From the IMG/VR virus record IMGVR_UViG_2671180669_000009: 5,485 bases of DNA. One strand, written 5' to 3'. Origin of the DNA: a virus. Its lineage: Duplodnaviria; Heunggongvirae; Uroviricota; Caudoviricetes. The notes below the pieces were generated by a model. The model ran no database searches, was not told the DNA's origin, and saw nothing but the letters and a program-made list of their open reading frames with translations. Made by a program: the position numbers and the translations under genes. This document shows, piece by piece, positions 1 to 4,952 of the stretch. Within the stretch, counting starts at the first letter, position 1. The number at the start of each line of letters is the position of its first letter.

Positions 1-51
1 CTGCATGACAAAGTCATCGGGCATTATCTGAACATAAAACACTATCAATAA
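1..51 (+). CDS. insB: IS1 transposase InsB, C-terminal fragment (5' end outside window)
   Basis: In-frame translation [16 protein letters not shown] then TAA at 49-51, identical to the C-terminus of the 167-aa InsB ORF at 3064..3567. Confidence 0.8.
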   Translation: MHDKVIGHYLNIKHYQ

Positions 52-66
52 GTTGGAGTCATTACC
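44..66. repeat. IS1 right terminal inverted repeat (about 23 bp)
   Basis: atcaataagttggagtcattacc is the imperfect reverse complement of the left end ggtgatgctgccaacttactgat at 2815-2837. Confidence 0.85.
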
Positions 67-158
67 AAAAAAACCGCCGAAACGGGTTAAGTGCGGGTGC
101 GTTGAGGATGCCTGACACATCAAAGGTGGCGGGAGATTACTCTCCCGCCTGGTCACTC

Positions 159-314
159 TTACTCTCTAGATTCGTAGTCTACGAAAACAGCGACCTCCGT
201 CTGGCCGATTCGGATTCGTACCTCGCAGAGGTCTTTCCTCGTTACCAGTGCCGTCACAATGACGGTTAAACAGATGACGATCAGGGCGATTAACATCGCC
301 TTTTGCTGCTTCAT
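159..314 (-). CDS. hok: Hok/Gef-family type I toxin (51 aa, small membrane peptide)
   Basis: Internal ATG at 314-312 with AGGAG 9 nt upstream. The product MKQQKAMLIALIVICLTVIVTALVTRKDLCEVRIRIGQTEVAVFVDYESRE has a single TM helix followed by the conserved Hok C-terminal region (TRKDLCE..GQTEVA..YES), closely resembling HokC/HokD as I recall them. Confidence 0.85.
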   Translation of the reverse strand: MKQQKAMLIALIVICLTVIVTALVTRKDLCEVRIRIGQTEVAVFVDYESRE

Positions 315-371
315 AGCCTGCTTCTCCTTGCCTTTCGGCACGTAAGAGGCTAACCTACATTTGTGAGACAT
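159..371 (-). CDS. mok: Mok-like overlapping reading frame (70 aa; in-frame N-terminal extension of hok that couples hok translation)
   Basis: The ORF starting at ATG 371-369 (MSHKCRLASYVPKGKEKQA...) runs in frame into hok, as in chromosomal mok/hok loci; weak GAGG about 9 nt upstream. Confidence 0.5.
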   Translation of the reverse strand: MSHKCRLASYVPKGKEKQAMKQQKAMLIALIVICLTVIVTALVTRKDLCEVRIRIGQTEVAVFVDYESRE

Positions 372-420
372 AGATTGGGCCTCAGATTAATGTTAAGCGT
401 CTTGCAGGACGCGTAATGTT
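360..420 (+). ncRNA. sok: Putative Sok-like antisense RNA overlapping the mok start region (boundaries approximate)
   Basis: By analogy with hok/sok loci, where the antisense RNA overlaps the mok translation start. Candidate sigma70 elements TTGCCT (338-343) and TAACCT (361-366) with a 17-nt spacer; hairpin gcgtc-ttgcag-gacgc at 397-412. Not verifiable without expression data. Confidence 0.25.
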
Positions 421-651
421 AACTGGGGCTTTTCTCTGTCTGCCTTACAGTGACATACCCGAGGCAGACAGCCTCAAGCACCCGCAGCAATCTTACCGAC
501 ACCGATAAGAAAACGCTATTTTTTATTGCCAGCACCATCTATCCAGGCTAGTTTATCTGCGTCAGAACGGCGCAATGCGCTCGCCTGAGATACGTTTACT
601 TGCCATGGTAACAACAGGTAACGGCAATTGCTGTTTCTGTTTTGTTTCCTT

Positions 652-690
652 CAAAAACCCCGGACCATCAATCCGGGGTTTTTGTTTGTT
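652..690. terminator. Rho-independent terminator, bidirectional (ends the minus-strand operon that stops at 769)
   Basis: Perfect 7-bp GC-rich stem ccccgga (658-664) / tccgggg (672-678) with a 7-nt loop, flanked by AAAAA (653-657) and TTTTTGTTTGTT (679-690). Confidence 0.75.
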
Positions 691-768
691 AACCCCAACG
701 GCAAATCGAATACACCACCAGCGCCACCGCCATCGCAATTCCTACCGTGGTGAATGCCTCAGGCCAGG

Positions 769-1134
769 TCATTGATTCACCTCCTGCGGTGGTTCCGGTA
801 GCGGCATCCAGTGAGTTGAGCTCTCTACTTCAACGCCGTCTTTGTCCACAAAAGCCATCTTATTCCCGCCACGAGTGGGGCAAAAAACCTTATCCCAGGA
901 ACCGGGGAATACATTCCCGAGATCATCGAGAAGAATCACATCGCAATATTCAGCAGGAACTGCATCACTACAGCTTATCCAGCCAGCCGGAGCTACCGGA
1001 GAGTTGCCAGCCTTACGCATGGCCATTTCCACGATTTCAACCATATCTCCTGGTGGAATTTTACAAAGTTGCCCAATACATTTCTGCTGCCTGGCATATT
1101 CGAGAATGTGCTCCAGTTTGGTTCGATTAATCAT
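769..1134 (-). CDS. Hypothetical prophage protein (121 aa), last gene of the minus-strand operon
   Basis: ATG at 1134-1132 overlaps the TAA of the upstream gene (TAATG), with AAGGGAG upstream; the ORF ends about 90 nt before the terminator. No family recognised from sequence. Confidence 0.6.
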   Translation of the reverse strand: MINRTKLEHILEYARQQKCIGQLCKIPPGDMVEIVEMAMRKAGNSPVAPAGWISCSDAVPAEYCDVILLDDLGNVFPGSWDKVFCPTRGGNKMAFVDKDGVEVESSTHWMPLPEPPQEVNQ

Positions 1135-1799
1135 TATTTATCTCCCTTAAGCATGGCAGCGCGGCAGGCGTTCCAGCCATCAACATAATCAAACGTATTA
1201 CTATCGTTTGGCCCGATTTCATCCGGCACTATCGGCTCTGGTTGGATAGTGACGTTGGCAAAGGCAGCACGCAAACCGGTTTTAATTTCTTCGATTTCAT
1301 CAGAGCCAAGCGATGAATCTGACAGTGCGTGATGGAATGCGTAAGCCATGTCGTCGTTTACTGCAACCGGCACTGCCGGCGCTGCGTAAAGCGGTGTTAT
1401 ATCTGCCCGAAAATCACATGCTTTATGCAGTCGTACCCAACACTCAACTTCCGCTTTGTCAAAATATATAGCAGTGAACGTATTAGATTCCTGGTCAACT
1501 TGAGTAAACGTCACCTTCCACGCTACAGCTACGGCTTTCCATCCATCAGGTTGTCGCATTCGCGGGGCAGCATAAAGCTCATGCATTCCATCAGGCAGCG
1601 AGTGACCCACATACTCACCGAACCCGTCAATACACATGCCCCCATCTTCAACAATGCATTCCGCTACAGGCTCTGCTTCCAGTGATGCCAGAGCGATAAG
1701 CGCCAGTTCACGAATTTCACCGCCGTCTATATCGTCAATATCATCGCGGCCAGAAATGTTAGCCAGCCATTGCAGTCGCTCTTTGGTAATAGTGGTCAT
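1134..1799 (-). CDS. Hypothetical acidic prophage protein (221 aa)
   Basis: ATG at 1799-1797 overlaps the TGA of the HNH gene (ATGA). Long open frame, D/E-rich, with the motif LYAAP occurring twice (aa 75-79 and 137-141). No family recognised. Confidence 0.65.
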   Translation of the reverse strand: MTTITKERLQWLANISGRDDIDDIDGGEIRELALIALASLEAEPVAECIVEDGGMCIDGFGEYVGHSLPDGMHELYAAPRMRQPDGWKAVAVAWKVTFTQVDQESNTFTAIYFDKAEVECWVRLHKACDFRADITPLYAAPAVPVAVNDDMAYAFHHALSDSSLGSDEIEEIKTGLRAAFANVTIQPEPIVPDEIGPNDSNTFDYVDGWNACRAAMLKGDK

Positions 1800-2161
1800 G
1801 CCGTAGCCCCTTCTTGATATTTTTCAAACCAGAACACAACCGGGTCAGATTTCATTTCAACCAATCCCATACGAACCAGCGCTTTGCCTTTCCCGGACGC
1901 AAGGAATTCACGACGACCATCACTGATAATTCGTCGATAATCTTCCAGGCTACTGCAATGCTTGTGCAGATTGCATGGGTGGCATGCTGGTACCATGTTG
2001 GATATATCGTCACGTTCCTGGTGAAGCATATTTCCATCAAAACGAATGACCGGTTTTACATGGTCTGCATGCCACTTTTCGCCAAGTTCGCAGCCGCAAT
2101 AAGCGCAGCGACCACCGAACTTCATGCGCAGTTCTGCACGTTGTTTTTTCGTCAGTGCCAT
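1796..2161 (-). CDS. HNH endonuclease (121 aa, phage-type small HNH nuclease)
   Basis: MALTKKQRAELRMKFGGRCAYCGCEL..WHADHVKP..NMVPACHPCNLHK carries the CxxC / HxDH / N / CxxC-H signature. Start chosen at ATG 2161-2159 with AAGGAAA upstream; the ORF track's longer version from 2251 adds 30 residues that do not look like protein. Confidence 0.8.
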   Translation of the reverse strand: MALTKKQRAELRMKFGGRCAYCGCELGEKWHADHVKPVIRFDGNMLHQERDDISNMVPACHPCNLHKHCSSLEDYRRIISDGRREFLASGKGKALVRMGLVEMKSDPVVFWFEKYQEGATA

Positions 2162-2162
2162 A

Positions 2163-2381
2163 TCAGCTTTCCTTATACGGATTAATTTTATTGTGCAGTG
2201 TGTTGAATGACGCCCATACCACGTCGTTATACAATTCAATAACTGGCTCAATTATTTTTCCGATTATCCAGACAAAAATTAGCGGGGATATCGGTGTCAT
2301 CAACACGATAAACAGAATGAGAAACAGGAATTCTGTTGTTCTACTCTTTCGCGGATATTTTTTTCTAAATAATGTAACCAT
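2163..2381 (-). CDS. Possible small membrane protein (72 aa; basic N-terminus then one hydrophobic helix)
   Basis: MVTLFRKKYPRKSRTTEFLFLILFIVLMTPISPLIFVWIIGKII...; its TGA (2165-2163) is one base from the HNH ATG (2161), giving a stop-N-ATG junction. Weak RBS and a GC hairpin directly upstream, so the start is uncertain. Confidence 0.35.
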   Translation of the reverse strand: MVTLFRKKYPRKSRTTEFLFLILFIVLMTPISPLIFVWIIGKIIEPVIELYNDVVWASFNTLHNKINPYKES

Positions 2382-2473
2382 TCATTACCGCCCTTTCGGG
2401 CGGTCTCCTGATGATTTGAGGGTGCAGAAATCCCTCCGGTTAAGGATTAAATTTTTAACAGTGCTAAATTTAA

Positions 2474-2814
2474 TTATTCAGTTCTGGATTTTGTCGCCCT
2501 GCGTATCCGCGCTTTCGCGTTACGCTCAATCTGTATCAGCTTTTCTATATTTCTCCGCCTTTCCTGTTCCTCCTGGCGCAATAGCCTTACATCATCTGCC
2601 AGTCTGGTTTCTCTTTTTGCCACAGAGAGCATCCAGTCAAACGGCTCCACAACCGCACCGCAGATTTTACAGCGGACCTGACGCTCTTTTTCGTCAACCC
2701 GTACAGAGGCGTGATGGCAATATGGTCTTTCCGATGGCTCATAAAGAAAATTAACCTGATTACGTGGGTCATCCTCTTTTACCGGAAATAAAACGATATT
2801 GCTTAACTCATCTT
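2474..2814 (-). pseudogene. 3' portion of an IS1-interrupted ORF (zinc-ribbon-like protein, about 118 aa when reconstructed)
   Basis: Open frame ...DDPRNQVNFLYEPSERPYCHHASVRVDEKERQVRCKICGAVVEPFDWMLSVAKRETRLADDVRLLRQEEQERRRNIEKLIQIERNAKARIRRATKSRTE* ends at TAA 2476-2474 and is cut at 2814 by the IS1 left end; the matching 5' part with ATG and RBS is at 3584-3705. Confidence 0.6.
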
Positions 2815-2837
2815 GGTGATGCTGCCAACTTACTGAT
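2815..2837. repeat. IS1 left terminal inverted repeat
   Basis: ggtgatgctgccaacttactgat, imperfect inverted match to the IS1 right end seen at 44-66. Confidence 0.85.
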
Positions 2838-2869
2838 TTAGTGTATGATGGTGTTTTTGAGGTGCTCCA

Positions 2870-3145
2870 GTGGCTTCTGTTTCTATCAGCTGTCCCTCCT
2901 GTTCAGCTACTGACGGGGTGGTGCGTAACGGCAAAAGCACTGCCGGACATCAGCGCTATCTCTGCTCTCACTGCCGTAAAACATGGCAACTGCAGTTCAC
3001 TTACACCGCTTCTCAACCCGGTACGCACCAGAAAATCATTGATATGGCCATGAATGGCGTTGGATGCCGGGCAACTGCACGCATTATGGGCGTTGGCCTC
3101 AACACGATTTTACGTCACTTAAAAAACTCAGGCCGCAGTCGGTAA
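2870..3145 (+). CDS. insA: IS1 InsA (91 aa; zinc-finger/HTH transposition regulator)
   Basis: [39 protein letters not shown]...[12 protein letters not shown] matches the InsA sequence as I recall it. Confidence 0.95.
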
Positions 3146-3567
3146 CCTCGCGCATACAGCCGGGCAGTGACGTCATCGTCTGCGCGGAAATGGACGAACA
3201 GTGGGGCTATGTCGGGGCTAAATCGCGCCAGCGCTGGCTGTTTTACGCGTATGACAGTCTCCGGAAGACGGTTGTTGCGCACGTATTCGGTGAACGCACT
3301 ATGGCGACGCTGGGGCGTCTTATGAGCCTGCTGTCACCCTTTGACGTGGTGATATGGATGACGGATGGCTGGCCGCTGTATGAATCCCGCCTGAAGGGAA
3401 AGCTGCACGTAATCAGCAAGCGATATACGCAGCGAATTGAGCGGCATAACCTGAATCTGAGGCAGCACCTGGCACGGCTGGGACGGAAGTCGCTGTCGTT
3501 CTCAAAATCGGTGGAGCTGCATGACAAAGTCATCGGGCATTATCTGAACATAAAACACTATCAATAA
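3064..3567 (+). CDS. insB: IS1 InsB reading frame (167 aa; expressed as the InsAB' transposase via a -1 frameshift)
   Basis: [53 protein letters not shown]...HYLNIKHYQ, overlapping the 3' end of insA in the -1 frame. Confidence 0.9.
3119..3127 (+). promoter_or_regulatory. IS1 programmed -1 ribosomal frameshift motif (A6C slippery site) between insA and insB'
   Basis: TTAAAAAAC lies in the insA/insB overlap just before the insA stop; established IS1 biology. Confidence 0.7.
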
Positions 3568-3572
3568 GTTGG

Positions 3573-3583
3573 NNNNNNNNNNN
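3573..3583. other. Assembly gap (11 N)
   Basis: Run of n characters directly after the IS1 right-end sequence. Confidence 1.
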
Positions 3584-3689
3584 GCGTGATGGCAATATGG
3601 TCTTTCCGATGGCTCATAAAGAAAATTAACCTGATTACGAGGGTCATCCTCTTTTACCGGAAATAAAACGATATTGCTTAACTCATCTT
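3584..3689. repeat. 106-bp duplicate of 2709..2814 (the flank just left of the IS1), with one mismatch (2765 t vs 3640 a)
   Basis: Direct base-by-base comparison; the copy begins immediately after the N gap. Confidence 0.95.
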
Positions 3690-3705
3690 CTGGTTTTATT
3701 TCCAT
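3584..3705 (-). pseudogene. 5' portion of the zinc-ribbon ORF (start codon plus first ~40 codons); continues into the duplicated flank
   Basis: ATG at 3705-3703 preceded by AAGGAGAGGAG; MEIKPEDELSNIVLFPVKEDDPRNQVNFLYEPSERPYCHHA... is in frame with the 3' portion at 2474..2814 once the duplicate is aligned. Confidence 0.5.
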
Positions 3706-3762
3706 GCTCCTCTCCTTTGATGCGAATGCCAGCGGTAATTGAAGCCTGATAGCTAATTTCAT

Positions 3763-4185
3763 TCACAGTATCGCCTCCTGAAAATTACCCTGATAGAAAG
3801 CCAGTACACGCTGCATAGCTTCGCTCTTCCGGCACTCGCGACAGATTATATTCAGGCGCCTGTCGTAGCGGCGTATTTCTCCGTCAGGTAATGACCAGAT
3901 AAGGTCCGGATCAACAACAACCGGTTTCCTCACCTTTACTCTCGAGAGTTTTTTGCGGGCGCTTTGCCAGTCCTTGCGAGCCTGTTCAGACGGGAATAAG
4001 CCGTAGCCAGAATTATATACATCACCACTTGCGACCAGTTCTATGCATAAGCGACCGACAGACGCACGACTGATACCTGTTTCATCTGACAACTGCCGAA
4101 TCGTGACCCGACCGTCCTGATGCACGAGTTCCACAATTCGCGTCTTCAGTTCTTCCCGCTGTTCGGGAGTAAAAGGTTTCGCCAT
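3763..4185 (-). CDS. Hypothetical prophage protein with N-terminal helix-turn-helix / winged-helix-like region (140 aa)
   Basis: ATG at 4185-4183 with AGGAGG 6 nt upstream, 14 nt after the dnaC-like stop. Segment VTIRQLSDETGISRASVGRLCIEL resembles an HTH; basic C-terminal half. Confidence 0.75.
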   Translation of the reverse strand: MAKPFTPEQREELKTRIVELVHQDGRVTIRQLSDETGISRASVGRLCIELVASGDVYNSGYGLFPSEQARKDWQSARKKLSRVKVRKPVVVDPDLIWSLPDGEIRRYDRRLNIICRECRKSEAMQRVLAFYQGNFQEAIL

Positions 4186-4199
4186 AAATCCTCCTGAAA

Positions 4200-4946
4200 C
4201 TACTTAACAACCCTCGAATGGCTAACATTCGGACGCCAGCTCTCCCAGTTAAAATTCACCCAGCGCCCGCCGTTCATGACCATGCGATCCATCACCCGCT
4301 CGCCGAGCAATGTTTTCATCACCTCATAGTTCAGGTTTGTCAGCATCCCCACGCTGCGCATCGACGCTGTCCGGCGATCAACAATCTGGTGCAGCACCAC
4401 CTGCTCGTTTTTCGTCTCGCGCTGAATGCCAATTTCATCAAGAACCAGCAGATCCACTTCGCACAGCTCCCGCAAAAATTTTTCGCCTGACTGCCCGTCG
4501 TCATAGCTGGCGTGCAGGGCGCTCATAACATCAGCCACGGTAACCACAATCACTGTCTGACCGTCTTTCAGCAGGCGATTCCCGATAGCTGCCGCTAAGT
4601 GATTCTTCCCGGTACCAGGTTTTCCGCTGAACGCAAAATTTGTACACCCGGTCATCAGTTCATCGGCGATGGATTTCGCCTGGCTTAACGCGTATCGCTG
4701 GCCGTCGTTCTGCACCTGGTAATTCGCAAACGAGCATTTACGGTGCAACGGCTGGATGCCTGAGCGATTCAGAATTTTTTCCACCCGCAACTGGCGATTC
4801 AGGCGGTTGATCTCCTCGCTACGTTTCTGGCCTTCAGCAAGTTGCCACTCGCGCCACTCCGCTACCGTTCTGAATGGGGCGGTTACATGTGGCGGGGTCA
4901 GTCGGCGGATGCGTTCCAGAACGCCGCCTGTCGCAATATTTTTCAT
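4200..4946 (-). CDS. DnaC-like replicative helicase loader (AAA+ ATPase, 248 aa), prophage paralog
   Basis: Walker A FSGKPGTGKNHLAAAIG, Walker B DLLVLDEIG, and MLTNLNYEVMKTLLGERVMDRM; collinear and roughly half-identical to E. coli DnaC as I recall it (e.g. RSGIQPLHRKCSFANY vs RSGIRPLHQNCSFENY). Confidence 0.92.
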   Translation of the reverse strand: MKNIATGGVLERIRRLTPPHVTAPFRTVAEWREWQLAEGQKRSEEINRLNRQLRVEKILNRSGIQPLHRKCSFANYQVQNDGQRYALSQAKSIADELMTGCTNFAFSGKPGTGKNHLAAAIGNRLLKDGQTVIVVTVADVMSALHASYDDGQSGEKFLRELCEVDLLVLDEIGIQRETKNEQVVLHQIVDRRTASMRSVGMLTNLNYEVMKTLLGERVMDRMVMNGGRWVNFNWESWRPNVSHSRVVK

Positions 4947-4952
4947 GGTCCG

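Larger units (their letters stand above)
1..66 (+). mobile_element. IS1 right-end fragment; window begins inside the element (3' end of insB plus right terminal inverted repeat ending ...agttggagtcattacc at 66)
   Basis: Bases 1-66 are identical to the sequence at 3519-3572 (the end of the full IS1 copy) and then continue with the canonical IS1 terminus; unique DNA starts at the A-run at 67. Confidence 0.9.
2815..3572 (+). mobile_element. IS1 insertion sequence (left inverted repeat at 2815; the last ~10 bp of the right end fall in the N run)
   Basis: Canonical left end ggtgatgctgccaacttactgatttagtgtatgatgg..., insA and insB ORFs, and right-end sequence ...atcaataagttgg followed by Ns. IS1 is 768 bp, so the expected end is at about 3582. 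Confidence 0.95.

Noticed and set aside
67-88. Terminator for hok at the A-run / ccgccgaaacgg
   Set aside because: The U7 tract exists on the minus strand but the adjacent stem is only 3-4 bp; too weak to call, and the region abuts the IS1 junction.
575-1150. Plus-strand ORFs 575..775, 747..1130 and 842..1150
   Set aside because: They are antisense to the coupled minus-strand genes or run through the terminator hairpin, have no RBS, and their translations are low-complexity and non-protein-like (e.g. His/Arg/Ser runs).
1329-1685. Plus-strand ORF of 118 aa
   Set aside because: Entirely antisense to the 221-aa minus-strand gene; Cys/Arg-rich translation typical of an out-of-frame read.
1814-2185. 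Plus-strand ORF 1814..2185 and minus-strand ORF 1852..2040
   Set aside because: Both overlap the HNH gene in other frames; the HNH frame has a clear catalytic motif and the others have none.
1796-2251. Longer 151-aa version of the HNH ORF starting at 2251
   Set aside because: The extra 30 N-terminal residues (MSQLLNCITTWYGRHSTHCTIKLIRIRKAD) are not protein-like and overlap the small membrane ORF; the ATG at 2161 has a proper RBS and gives the typical phage HNH N-terminus.
2387-2404. GC hairpin accgccc-tttc-gggcggt as a terminator
   Set aside because: No U-tract follows on either strand; more likely a structural or RBS-occluding element than an intrinsic terminator.
2155-2754. Plus-strand 199-aa ORF
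   Set aside because: Antisense across the small ORF, the intergenic hairpin and the zinc-ribbon ORF; no RBS; likely a chance open frame in an AT-rich region.
2587-2772. Minus-strand 61-aa ORF
   Set aside because: It is the wrong frame of the zinc-ribbon ORF; the alternative frame is continuous with the RBS-preceded start at 3705 and ends at 2474.
2841-3533. ORFs 2841..3053 (+) and 3243..3533 (-) inside IS1
   Set aside because: Alternative-frame or antisense ORFs within IS1; the known IS1 genes are insA and insB only.
2806-3600. 9-bp IS1 target-site duplication
   Set aside because: The right junction is masked by the N gap and followed by a 106-bp duplicate instead, so a target duplication cannot be identified.
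3502-3762. Minus-strand 86-aa ORF spanning the N gap
   Set aside because: Chimeric: it reads from the genuine 5' part of the zinc-ribbon ORF through the Ns into antisense IS1 sequence.
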